From a bacterium (lineage in GTDB: Bacteria; UBA8248): a stretch of DNA of 64,000 nucleotides. The position numbers and the translations under genes were made by a program. Location: assembly GCA_965204535.1 (NCBI GenBank), contig CBDBEV010000001.1, positions 2,496,001 to 2,560,000 on the forward strand, in the 5' to 3' direction. Below are positions 38,059 to 48,375 of the stretch, piece after piece (positions within the stretch are counted from its first letter, which is position 1; each line of letters starts with the position of its first letter). Below the pieces are notes generated by a model. It saw nothing but the letters and a program-made list of their open reading frames with translations. It was not told the DNA's origin and made no database searches.

Positions 38059-40347
38059 TTACTCCTTCCGATCGATGGCTATTAGAAGGGTCGGAAGAAG
38101 CAGGAAATCGGCCAGGAGCGCGAAGACGAGCGTGATCGCGACCATCAGGCCGAGCGTCTTGCTGCCATGGAATCCCGATGTGGCGAACACCAGGAAGCTC
38201 AGCGACAAAACCGCCGTCGTCGTCCATAGCGCCTGACCCACGATTCGAAAGGCGGCGCGCACGGCCTCGGGTGCCGGGAGGCCCATCCGGCGGGCTTTCA
38301 GATATCGACTCATAAAGTGGATCGTATCGTCCACGATGATTCCGAACGCGATGGCGGTCATCAACGAGCCGGCAAAGTCCACCTGGCCGACCAGGTAGCC
38401 CCACAGGCCGAAGGTCATGGCGGCGGGGATGAAGTTGGGCACGAGGCTGATGAGGCCCAGCCGAACGCTTTTGAAAACCAGGATGAGAAGAAACGAGATC
38501 AGCAGCATGGCGATGATCGTGCCGCGCAGCATACTGTGGATGTTGCGCAGGGAAAGATGCGCGAAGATCATGGTGATGCCCGACGCTTCGGTCGCAAACT
38601 CGGGTATGTTGGCGCGGAGCCAGGCTTTGGCGCGCTCGTCGAGTTCGCGCTGGTCCCTGGAGGAGCGGTTGCGAACCATGACGCTCATTCGCGTCGTGGA
38701 TTTGGCGACGTCGATGCGGTCGTTGAGGTCCATGCCGAAGGGGAGCGATAACTCATAGAGCAGGAGATACTGCGCGGCGAGCTTGGGATCCTGAGGGAGC
38801 TTGTAGAAAGCCGGGTCGTCACCGTGCAAGTTCTTGTTCAAACGCTTCATGATGTCCGAAAAAGCCTGGACGTGGCTCACTTCCGGCTGGGCGCGGAACC
38901 ATTCGGCGAAGGTCTCGACTTTTTTCAGGTATTCGGGATCGGTGATGCCGCCTTCGCGCCCCGCTTTCAGTGCGTATTCCAGGAAGTTCATGCTGTTCAG
39001 GTTATCAAAGATGAAATCCGAATCGCGCCGGAACCGGTAGCGCTCGTCGAAATAGTGCGCCCATCTGTCGGTCAACTCGTTGCGGGGAATGCCTGTGATG
39101 AGAACAGCCGTCAGAACAGCGACGAAACAGAGCAGAAACGCATGGCGCTTGACCACGAAAGCGCCGAAGCGGACGAAAAAAGGGGGTTTGCCGGAGGGTA
39201 TTCGGCGCGCGCGCAACGGCAGAATCGAGAGGACGGCCGGCAGCAGGGTCATCGAGTAGACGAAGGCCCAGAGCACGCCGAGCGCCACGAGATTTCCCAG
39301 AATACGGGCGGGAGGCGAATCCGAGGAGTTCAGGCTCAGGAATCCGATTGCGGTCGTGATCGAGGTCAGAAACACCGGCCAGGCGTTGGTCCGAAGCGAT
39401 TCGGCAACCGCCTTGCCCTTGTCCAGCCCATGGCCCATGCCCAGCAGGGTGGTCGTGATGATGTGGATCGAGTGGGCGACGCATGTCGCCATGACGATGG
39501 TCGGTACGCCGGCGTTGACGGGGCTGAACACCGTGCCGAGCCAGCCCGCAATCCCCATCGTGTTGAAGATGACGAACCCGATCACGACAATGATGGAAAA
39601 CGTGCCGAGAAACGAGCGCAGGAGAAGTGTGCTGATGACGATGATCATGACGAACACGATTGGAGCCAGGAAGACGAAATCATTGTAAGTCGCCACGGAG
39701 AAAGTGCGGTTACTGATCACGTCGCCGCTCAGGTAATAGGCGATCTCCGGGTATCTCGCACCGGCTTTCTTCAACAGAGCGTTCAGGTGGTCGTTTATCG
39801 AGACCACCGCAGCATCCATGTCGTCGGGCAGGACGAAAGTGATCACCAGCCCGGCCACATGCCCCTTCCGGGAGACGAGACGACCAGGCAGATCGCGCGA
39901 CTCAAGCGCGATTTTCCTGATTCGCGCGAGATCGGCATTGCTCAGCGAGTGCGCGTCATCGACGAGCGGCTCGACGATCAGTTCATCTCCCTGCGCCCGG
40001 CTGTGGAGGTAGTTCGTAAGGGAGTCGACTCGTCTGGAGTGGGGCGTTCGCCAAGCGGCTTCCGTCAATTCCTCGAGCGCGCCGAGCGCCTCGCGGGTGA
40101 AAACGGAACCTCCCCGGGGCGCGATGGCGATGAACGCCATGTTGGATGTGGAAAAAATGTTCTCGAGCGCCTGGAAATCGACATACTGTGGATTCTCTTC
40201 GCTGAACATGATGCGGTAGTCGTTCGTGACGCCGATGAGGCGCGACCCCGCTCCCGTGATCAGCGTGAGCAATGTGGCGAGTGTGATCACCAGCCACCGG
40301 TATCGAAGAATCATCTCGATATAACGGTCCAGCAGTAGAGATATCAT
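38059..40347 (-). CDS. MMPL/RND-family exporter (intact)
   Basis: 762 aa with two MMPL repeats; LTSITTAIGFLSL and FGIIVDDTIHF motifs. Confidence 0.9.
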   Translation of the reverse strand: MISLLLDRYIEMILRYRWLVITLATLLTLITGAGSRLIGVTNDYRIMFSEENPQYVDFQALENIFSTSNMAFIAIAPRGGSVFTREALGALEELTEAAWRTPHSRRVDSLTNYLHSRAQGDELIVEPLVDDAHSLSNADLARIRKIALESRDLPGRLVSRKGHVAGLVITFVLPDDMDAAVVSINDHLNALLKKAGARYPEIAYYLSGDVISNRTFSVATYNDFVFLAPIVFVMIIVISTLLLRSFLGTFSIIVVIGFVIFNTMGIAGWLGTVFSPVNAGVPTIVMATCVAHSIHIITTTLLGMGHGLDKGKAVAESLRTNAWPVFLTSITTAIGFLSLNSSDSPPARILGNLVALGVLWAFVYSMTLLPAVLSILPLRARRIPSGKPPFFVRFGAFVVKRHAFLLCFVAVLTAVLITGIPRNELTDRWAHYFDERYRFRRDSDFIFDNLNSMNFLEYALKAGREGGITDPEYLKKVETFAEWFRAQPEVSHVQAFSDIMKRLNKNLHGDDPAFYKLPQDPKLAAQYLLLYELSLPFGMDLNDRIDVAKSTTRMSVMVRNRSSRDQRELDERAKAWLRANIPEFATEASGITMIFAHLSLRNIHSMLRGTIIAMLLISFLLILVFKSVRLGLISLVPNFIPAAMTFGLWGYLVGQVDFAGSLMTAIAFGIIVDDTIHFMSRYLKARRMGLPAPEAVRAAFRIVGQALWTTTAVLSLSFLVFATSGFHGSKTLGLMVAITLVFALLADFLLLPTLLIAIDRKE

Positions 40348-40578
40348 CGTCCTGGCATCGCTGTCGGGTGTGGCGGCGGGTTTGTCGATTCAGGCCACGG
40401 CGCTGTCGTCGCGACCTGGTTTCTTCGGGTGATGTGGAGAGGAGCACCAGGGTCGGAACTCATTTCCCTGTACGAAACCTGGAGAACCCTCCTTGGAAGG
40501 GTCTCTTCATTCGTTGCTCGGCTTCCACCACAACGACACGAGAATACGATGAAAGGGCTCTGTTGTGCGAGGGTTTTT

Positions 40579-41289
<711 letters not shown>

Positions 41290-41290
41290 G

Positions 41291-42046
41291 TCACTCCGCC
41301 TTTCCGAGATAGATTTCCTGCACCCTGGGGTCGTTGCGGATGTCTTCGCTGGGTCCTTCGGCGAGCACCTCACCGTAGTGCAGAACGCTGATGTGGGAGA
41401 CAACCTCGAATATCACGTCCAGATCGTGTTCGATCAGAAGAATGGCGATTCCGGGGTCGAGTGATTTCAGGAAATCAGCCATCTCGTGGGATTCGCCCGT
41501 GGCCAGGCCGGCGGAGGGTTCGTCGAGGAGCAACACTTTGGGGTCGCTCGCCAGAGCCAGGACGATCTCGAGTTGGCGCTGCTCACCGTGGGAGAGGTTG
41601 CGGACTTCCTGATCCCTCAAGTGCCAGAAGTTCACGTCGGTGAGCAGTTTTTCGGCTTTTTCGTATACGTCCTTGTACTTGAACAGCGGCTTGAGCATCA
41701 TCATCTTCATCTTACGCAGGCCCTGCACGGCGAGAAGGACGTTCTCGAGCACAGTGAGCTTGGGAAACAGGCTGGTGATCTGGAAGGTGCGCGCCATCCC
41801 CAAAGCCACGCGCTTATGCGTGGGCCATCCCGAGACGTCCTGCCCGAAAAGGCGGATGCGGCCCGAGGTGAGCGGGAGCACGCCCGTTATCAGGTGAAAC
41901 AGCGTGGTTTTGCCTGCTCCGTTCGGCCCCAGGATTCCCCGCCGTTCGCCGAGGTTCAGGCGCAGGTTCACGTCCTCGACGGCGTGCAGGCCGCCGAAAT
42001 GCTTGGTGACGCTCTCCAGCTCCAGCCCTTGTTGCGCGTTCGTCAA
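41291..42046 (-). CDS. Liv-type ABC transporter ATP-binding protein (LivG-like)
   Basis: GPNGAGKTT, ARTFQ, LSHGEQRQLE and LLDEP motifs. Confidence 0.92.
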   Translation of the reverse strand: MTNAQQGLELESVTKHFGGLHAVEDVNLRLNLGERRGILGPNGAGKTTLFHLITGVLPLTSGRIRLFGQDVSGWPTHKRVALGMARTFQITSLFPKLTVLENVLLAVQGLRKMKMMMLKPLFKYKDVYEKAEKLLTDVNFWHLRDQEVRNLSHGEQRQLEIVLALASDPKVLLLDEPSAGLATGESHEMADFLKSLDPGIAILLIEHDLDVIFEVVSHISVLHYGEVLAEGPSEDIRNDPRVQEIYLGKAE

Positions 42047-42128
42047 AACCTGGTTGCTCCTTCGAAAAGTCTGCCGGCGCGAATCCGCCGCCCGGACCGT
42101 GAAGCCCGGACGGCGGGAAAAGTCGCCC

Positions 42129-43382
42129 TTACTTACAATGCGGGCACGGCGGGTACTTCTTGCTGTACACGGGTTGTTTCAGGAATTCCTTCGCCGGCCA
42201 CTTCCAGAACTGACCCACCGCGGGGTAGGTCTTTATCACGAGGTTCCAGAGCGAATTCGACTTCACGCCCAGACCCAGGCGATCGCCCTTCACGCGCGTC
42301 ACCCGGCGGATGTAGCTGTTGTGCACCGGGTTTCCGTAAGCGTCCAGATACACCGGCCCTCTGATGGCGTTGATGCGGATGGTCTTGAACGCCTTGAGGA
42401 ACGCATCGGTGTCGTCCGGCTTGTAGCCGATCTTCTTGAGCGTGAGGTCCACCCACTGACCCGTGGTGTAGCAGGACTCCGAGTAGTAGGAGGCCATCTT
42501 TCCGTAGCGCTGCTGATACTCCTTGACGAACGCCTTGTTCTTGTCCGTCGTGAGAGCGGCGCTGTACTGCGAGGCCGTCACGTAGCCGAGCGCTTCATCG
42601 CCCATGCTGGGCAGGATGAACTCGTCCGCGCTCGTCACGCCGCCGAGCATCGGCATCTTGAAGCCCGCGGCGCGGAACTGCTTCGGGAAGGCCAGGGACA
42701 TGGGGCCGACCATCAGCGTGAAGATGGCGTCGGCGTCCTTGGGGATCTGCGGCAGATAGGGACCGAAGTCCTTCGTGCCGAGTTTCGCCCAGATCTTCTT
42801 GACGATCTTGCCGCCGCGCGCCTCAAAGGCCTTGTGGAAGCCGCCCACGGTCTCGTAGCCGAACGCGTAGTCAGCACCGATGGTGACCACGTTGCGGTAG
42901 CCCTGGTCGTAGGCCCACTCGGCGAGGGGATGGCTGTTCTGGCTGCTCGTGAAGCCGCTGCGCAGGAAGTGTTTGAAGAGCTTGCGCTGTGTGAGGTCGT
43001 CCGCCGCCGGCACGGGCGAGATATAGGGCACCTTGAAGCGGTTGGACACCGGCGCGAGCGCATACCCGGTGCTGGCGAGCAGGCCGCCGATGAACATGTG
43101 CACCTTGTCGCGCTTGATGAGCTTGAGCGCCTTGCGCACGTTCACGGCCGGCTTGCCGGTCGAGTCCTCGAGGATGAACTTGACGTCCAGGGGACCCATC
43201 TTGTTCTTCGTGTGCGCCAGGTACATCTTGAAGCCGTTGCTCATGTCCTTGCCGATCTGGGCGAAGATGCCCGTCATCGGCGCGATGAACCCGATGCGCA
43301 CCTCGGCGGCCTGAGCGCTGCCGGATCCGGCGGCGAAGGCGATGCCGAGCGCTGCGATGATGGTGATCAGTTTCCGTTTCAT
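42129..43382 (-). CDS. Liv-type ABC transporter substrate-binding protein
   Basis: Signal peptide; IGFIAPMTG and DYAFGYE motifs of type I periplasmic binding proteins. Confidence 0.9.
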   Translation of the reverse strand: MKRKLITIIAALGIAFAAGSGSAQAAEVRIGFIAPMTGIFAQIGKDMSNGFKMYLAHTKNKMGPLDVKFILEDSTGKPAVNVRKALKLIKRDKVHMFIGGLLASTGYALAPVSNRFKVPYISPVPAADDLTQRKLFKHFLRSGFTSSQNSHPLAEWAYDQGYRNVVTIGADYAFGYETVGGFHKAFEARGGKIVKKIWAKLGTKDFGPYLPQIPKDADAIFTLMVGPMSLAFPKQFRAAGFKMPMLGGVTSADEFILPSMGDEALGYVTASQYSAALTTDKNKAFVKEYQQRYGKMASYYSESCYTTGQWVDLTLKKIGYKPDDTDAFLKAFKTIRINAIRGPVYLDAYGNPVHNSYIRRVTRVKGDRLGLGVKSNSLWNLVIKTYPAVGQFWKWPAKEFLKQPVYSKKYPPCPHCK

Positions 43383-43435
43383 GTTTTTTCCTCCCTCGTT
43401 TCGTCTCGCTCAGGAGACGCGGTGCCGCGCCGTCC

Positions 43436-44461
43436 TCAACCCTTCGGGGTTTCAGGCGAAGCGGCGGGTTTTCGAAACTTGCTGAACAATCCGAGAATTC
43501 CCTCGACGCCGTAGAGGCGTCCCAACATGATGGTGATGATGTAGATGGCGCCCAGAATCAGCGGCCAGCGTTCCACGTAGATGCTGATGAATTGCTGCAG
43601 CGACCGGATGATGGCCGAGCCGATCACCGGGCCGACCAGCGTGGCGGGGCCGCCCAGCGCGACCATGAAAAGCGCCTCGGCCGAGGTGATGAGTTCGATG
43701 TCCGGCGGACTCACGAAGAGGTTGAACAGCGTCCACAAGACGCCCGAGACGCCGCTGAAAACGCCGGCGATGATGAACGCGAGGTATTTGTGGAGCCAGA
43801 TGTTGTAGCCGAGCATTTGCATGCGCTCCTCGCGCTCCCTGATGCCGACCAGCGTTTTTCCAAAGGGGCTTCTCACGAACATGTACATCAGGCCCAGGCA
43901 GATGAGGAACACCGCGAGCGTGAAGTAGAAGAACGGAATTTCCGATTCCAGCGATATGCCGAACAGGGACGGTCTCCCCAGCACGTTGATGCCGTTGTCC
44001 CCTTCGGTTACGGCGCTCCAGCGATACGCTAGGCCCCAGATGACCATGGCGAGAGAGAGGGTGATCATCAGGAAGTACACCCCCACGGCGCGGATGGCCA
44101 GAAAACCGAAAAACGCGGCGAAGGCGAGGGCCACGACCAGCGCGAATATGAAGATGTAGAAAAGGCCCAGCCCCAGCGAGTCCGCCCACTGGAAGGCGGC
44201 GAAGGTCCACGTCCAGTCTTCTTTCGTCATGATGATGGCCGTGGTGTAGGAGGCGACGCCGAAATAGGCGGCGTGTCCGAGAGAGGCCAGCCCGGTAAAG
44301 CCGAGCAGGAGGTCCAGGCTCATGGCCAGGATGCCGAAGACGAGGATCTCCGTCACCAGGCTCTGCATGAAAAGGTCGAGAAACGGCGTGACGACGCCGA
44401 GAGCGACGAAGGCGCCCAGCACGATGATCACCCTTCTTTTTTCCGCCAGGTTCTCCACCAA
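43436..44461 (-). CDS. Liv-type ABC transporter permease (LivM-like)
   Basis: GFTGLASLGHAAYFG and GVYFLMITL motifs. Confidence 0.9.
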   Translation of the reverse strand: MVENLAEKRRVIIVLGAFVALGVVTPFLDLFMQSLVTEILVFGILAMSLDLLLGFTGLASLGHAAYFGVASYTTAIIMTKEDWTWTFAAFQWADSLGLGLFYIFIFALVVALAFAAFFGFLAIRAVGVYFLMITLSLAMVIWGLAYRWSAVTEGDNGINVLGRPSLFGISLESEIPFFYFTLAVFLICLGLMYMFVRSPFGKTLVGIREREERMQMLGYNIWLHKYLAFIIAGVFSGVSGVLWTLFNLFVSPPDIELITSAEALFMVALGGPATLVGPVIGSAIIRSLQQFISIYVERWPLILGAIYIITIMLGRLYGVEGILGLFSKFRKPAASPETPKG

Positions 44462-44464
44462 GGC

Positions 44465-45562
44465 TCAACCCTTTCCGAACAGGCCGGTCGGCTTGATCGC
44501 CAGAATGATGGCCATGGGCGCGAAGAGCGCGAAATAGGAGAGTTCGGGAAACAGCGCGGTCCCGAAGTTCTCGATGAAGCCGACCACGATGCTGCCGAGG
44601 ACGGCGCCGCCCAGGCTGCCGAGCCCCCCGATGATCACCACGGCGAACGCGTAGGGGAGGATCTCGAAGTCGAGCCCCGGGTAGACGCCGAAGAACGCGC
44701 CGCCCACCACGCCGCCCGTGGCGGCCAGCAGCGCTCCGATGGCGAATATCGCCATTTGCACGACGTTGGTGTTGATGCCAATGCCGCGCGCCATCTCGGG
44801 GTCGTCCACCGCCGCGCGCATGATGGCGCCGAGGCGGGTGCGCTCTATCCCCAGGAACAGGGCCGCGGCCACCACGACGGCGATGACGATCATGAAGGCG
44901 CGGTACTGGGGCAGCGAAAGGCCCCAGACGACGGCGCTGAAATTGAGGGGCCAGGGCTGTTTGAGCATGAAGTTGTCCCCGCCCCAGGTGTAGAGCGAGC
45001 CGTCTTGCAGGATGAACGCGAAGCCGATTGTCACCAGCACCTGGGAGAGCGTGTCCTGCCCGAGGCGGCGCAGAAAAAAGCGCTCGATGAACATTCCGCA
45101 CAATGCCGCAATGGCGAGGGCGACGACGATGGCGGCCAACATGCCCGGGAAATTGATCCTGTCGACCGGTTTGACGGGAACGTGCGGAAAGAAGAGTTCG
45201 AAGAATCTGAAGCCCCATACCAGGCTGCACAAGGTTTCCATTACGACGTAAGTGAGCAGCAGAGCCAACGCGGCGTGTCTGGGAGCGACGTACAAGTTGA
45301 GTCCCCGCCATGCGAAATAGAGCAGTGTCCACGAGACGAGTTGGATGATCCGGGGCATCAGGCTCAGGGAGCCGAAAATGATGTTGTAGAATTCCAGGGC
45401 GAGATAGCCGGCGAAGAGGAAAAAAGCGGCGTGCGCGAGGTTCACGATGCGCATCACGCCGAAGATGAGCGAGAGCCCGCTCGCCAGAAGAAACAGAATC
45501 GCGGCGTAGGAGAGGGAGTTAAAACTGAGAACGACAATGTTCGTGAAGCTTAGGGTGGTCAT
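44465..45562 (-). CDS. Liv-type ABC transporter permease (LivH-like)
   Basis: GLSLIFGVMRIVNLAH and VIIGGLGS motifs; extra internal TM insertion. Confidence 0.9.
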   Translation of the reverse strand: MTTLSFTNIVVLSFNSLSYAAILFLLASGLSLIFGVMRIVNLAHAAFFLFAGYLALEFYNIIFGSLSLMPRIIQLVSWTLLYFAWRGLNLYVAPRHAALALLLTYVVMETLCSLVWGFRFFELFFPHVPVKPVDRINFPGMLAAIVVALAIAALCGMFIERFFLRRLGQDTLSQVLVTIGFAFILQDGSLYTWGGDNFMLKQPWPLNFSAVVWGLSLPQYRAFMIVIAVVVAAALFLGIERTRLGAIMRAAVDDPEMARGIGINTNVVQMAIFAIGALLAATGGVVGGAFFGVYPGLDFEILPYAFAVVIIGGLGSLGGAVLGSIVVGFIENFGTALFPELSYFALFAPMAIILAIKPTGLFGKG

Positions 45563-45865
45563 TCATGTCTCTCTTTTATCCGCAAAAGGCGCGTCTCAAA
45601 AACAAATCCCCCACTGCGCGTTGCCGGGTCGTAAATCCGCACGGAAACACTTATGCAATATGAGCCTGAGCCTTTCATTATGTTCCCGATTCGAGGTATG
45701 GGTCAAGTTGATGCGAAACGGGGTTTTTCTCGACATCTTCTTTTTCGGTGGCGAAAACCGGCGCGGAAAGATAGAGTTCGTAATGTCGAAGACATCCATT
45801 TTGCGAGTATGGGCGGTGCGCGTTTCGTTTCTGTTAGGGTGATATTTCATTCCGGTTAAATAGCC

Positions 45866-47128
45866 ATGCGTGCAGAGACTCCCGAGGATAGAATTTTCAG
45901 GAATGCCAGAATTGGCTCTCAAGACGCATTGGTGGATTTTTGCGTCACTGAAGGCCTTTTTTCGAGAATTTCACCGGGTCTGGGCAACGATGCCGGCTGT
46001 GAAGAAGTCGATTTGGACGGCCGCGTCGTGCTGCCGACGTTCGTGGAGAGCCACATCCATCTCGACAAGGCGTTTTTGGAAGAACGCGAGCCCAATCGTT
46101 CCGGTACGCTCGAAGACGCCATTTCCATCACGCTGGCGCTCAAAAAAGGCGTAACGGAACAAGACATCATGGAGCGCGCCGAGCGCACGCTGCGCATGTG
46201 CATCCGGCACGGCGCCACGTGGTTTCGCGCGCAGGTGGAGGTCGACCCCATCGTCGGCCTCAAGGGAATGGAAGTCGCTCTGGCGCTCAGGGAGAAATAC
46301 GCAGGTCTTGCAGATTTTCAACTCGTCGTTTTCCCGCAAGAAGGCATCGAGCAGCAGCCGGGAACGGAGGATTTGATGCGCGAGGCGATGCGGATGGGAG
46401 GGGACCTCGTGGGCGCAATCCCGTACAACGACCTGGACGCTGAGCGGCATCTGGACATCGTTTTCGGAATGGCCGAGGCGTTCGGCTGCGGGCTGGATTT
46501 TCACCTCGATTTCGCGGACGACCCCCGGGTGAGGAATATCGAATCCGTGGCCGCCCGCACGATGGCCGCAGGTTTGCAGGGCCGAGTGGCCGTCGGCCAT
46601 CTCACCTCACTGGGCGCCATGGCGCCGGATGATGCCGCGCGGGTCATCGAGAAGATTTTCGAAGCGGGCATCTCCGTCCTGCCCTTGCCTGCGACGGATT
46701 TGTTCCTGGGCGGCAGGGGGGAAGAGCCGCCTCGTTTCAGGAGCCTCGCCCCCGTCAAAGACCTCCTGAGTGCGGGCGTCAACGTCGCCATTTCATCGAA
46801 CAACATCCGCAACGCCTTTACGCCATCGGGACGCGGCGATTTGCTGGAAATTGGCCTTCTCCTCGTCCATGCGCTCCACATGAGCGGCGCATCGGACAGA
46901 AGTCATGTCCCTGAGCTTTTCACGACCAACGGCGCAAAGGCGCTGGGGGTGGAGGATGGTTACGGCTTACGATCCGGTTGTGCGGCCGATTTCGTGGTTC
47001 TCGATTCTGTGAATTTCGACGATATCCTCATCGATCAACCCGAGAAGCGATTCGTGGTGAAAGGCGGGCGCATCGTCGTGGAGAACGTCTCGGAGACGAC
47101 CTGGCGGGAGGGGACTGGATGGGCGTGA
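45866..47128 (+). CDS. Amidohydrolase, cytosine/creatinine deaminase-like
   Basis: ESHIHLDKA, VFPQEG, DFHLD, VGHL and NNIRNAFTP motifs. Confidence 0.88.
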   Translation: MRAETPEDRIFRNARIGSQDALVDFCVTEGLFSRISPGLGNDAGCEEVDLDGRVVLPTFVESHIHLDKAFLEEREPNRSGTLEDAISITLALKKGVTEQDIMERAERTLRMCIRHGATWFRAQVEVDPIVGLKGMEVALALREKYAGLADFQLVVFPQEGIEQQPGTEDLMREAMRMGGDLVGAIPYNDLDAERHLDIVFGMAEAFGCGLDFHLDFADDPRVRNIESVAARTMAAGLQGRVAVGHLTSLGAMAPDDAARVIEKIFEAGISVLPLPATDLFLGGRGEEPPRFRSLAPVKDLLSAGVNVAISSNNIRNAFTPSGRGDLLEIGLLLVHALHMSGASDRSHVPELFTTNGAKALGVEDGYGLRSGCAADFVVLDSVNFDDILIDQPEKRFVVKGGRIVVENVSETTWREGTGWA

Positions 47129-48369
47129 TCACGAACGCGAACGCAGAGGCGTTCTCCCGCATCACCGAAGCCGACCCCGTCCTGGTGGACGTACGCCCGG
47201 CGGGCGAGGTGATACCGGGTCTGGAGGAGGGCGTTCTCCTGCACGCCGGCCCCCCGATCGAGTGGGCGCGGATGTGCGGCCCCCTGCGCGGGGCGATTGC
47301 GGGGGCGGTCGTCCTGGAGAGCTGGGCGGGAGATTTGGCCTCGGGCGAGGCGCTCGCCGCCTCGGGCGTCGTCGCCTTCCACCCCAATCATCATTTCGAC
47401 GCCGTCGGCCCCATGACGGGCATCACCACGCGCTCGATGCCGGTGATGATCGTTGAGAACAGAAAATTCGGAAACCGCGCCTATTGCACCCTGAACGAAG
47501 GTCTAGGGAAGGTAATGCGCTTCGGCGGAAACGACGAGGAGGTGCTGAACCGGCTTCGCTGGCTGGCGGAGCGCCTGGCGCCCGCGTTGTCCGAAGCCCT
47601 TAAGGCCGCGGGCGGGCTGCCGCTCAAGAGCATCGTCGCGCGGGGGCTTTCGATGGGAGACGAGATGCACCAGCGCAACGTGGCCTGCACGAGCCTCTTC
47701 ATGCGCGAGGCGGCGCCCGCGCTGGCGCGCGTCATGAGTGATGGCAAGGCGCTGGAGGATGTATTGTCCTTCATCGGCGGCAACGATCAGTTCTTCTTGA
47801 ACGTCGCGATGGCGACCGGCAAGGCGGTGATGGACCCGGTTCGAGGTATCGGGGCGTCCAGCATCGTTACGGCGATGTGCCGCAACGGAACGGACTTCGG
47901 GGTCCGGGTGAGTGCGACAGGGGATGAATGGTTCACGGCGCCGGTGGAGATGCCCGAGGGGTTGTATTTCCCCGGTTTCGGCGAGGACGACGCCAATCCG
48001 GACATGGGCGATTCCACGATCATCGAGACGATGGGGCTGGGCGGATTCGCCATGGCTGCAGCACCCGCCGTCGTCGGTTTCGTGGGTGCGGGAAGCGCGG
48101 CTGATGCGCTGAATTATTCGCGCGCCATGTACGAGATCACCCAGGGCCGAAACCCGGAGTGGACGATTCCCGCCCTTGATTTTGAGGGCGTTCCCACAGG
48201 GATAGACGTCACCAAGGTGGTGAAGCTGGGCGTCACGCCCGTCATCAACACAGGCATCGCGCATAAAGAACCGGGCGTCGGCCAGGTGGGCGCGGGCGTG
48301 GTTCGCGCACCGCTCGCCTGTTTCGAGCAGGCCTTGGAAGCCTATGGCGAGAAGATGGGCGTGGTCTGA
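47119..48369 (+). CDS. DUF1116/YlbE-family protein
   Basis: LLHAGPP, MGDEMHQRN, DMGDSTIIET and INTGIAHK motifs. Confidence 0.85.
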   Translation: MGVITNANAEAFSRITEADPVLVDVRPAGEVIPGLEEGVLLHAGPPIEWARMCGPLRGAIAGAVVLESWAGDLASGEALAASGVVAFHPNHHFDAVGPMTGITTRSMPVMIVENRKFGNRAYCTLNEGLGKVMRFGGNDEEVLNRLRWLAERLAPALSEALKAAGGLPLKSIVARGLSMGDEMHQRNVACTSLFMREAAPALARVMSDGKALEDVLSFIGGNDQFFLNVAMATGKAVMDPVRGIGASSIVTAMCRNGTDFGVRVSATGDEWFTAPVEMPEGLYFPGFGEDDANPDMGDSTIIETMGLGGFAMAAAPAVVGFVGAGSAADALNYSRAMYEITQGRNPEWTIPALDFEGVPTGIDVTKVVKLGVTPVINTGIAHKEPGVGQVGAGVVRAPLACFEQALEAYGEKMGVV

Positions 48370-48375
48370 GCCCCT

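Noticed and set aside
40357-40570. Riboswitch upstream of the intact MMPL gene
   Set aside because: Some hairpins are present but no recognisable aptamer consensus; could be a terminator of the ABC operon.
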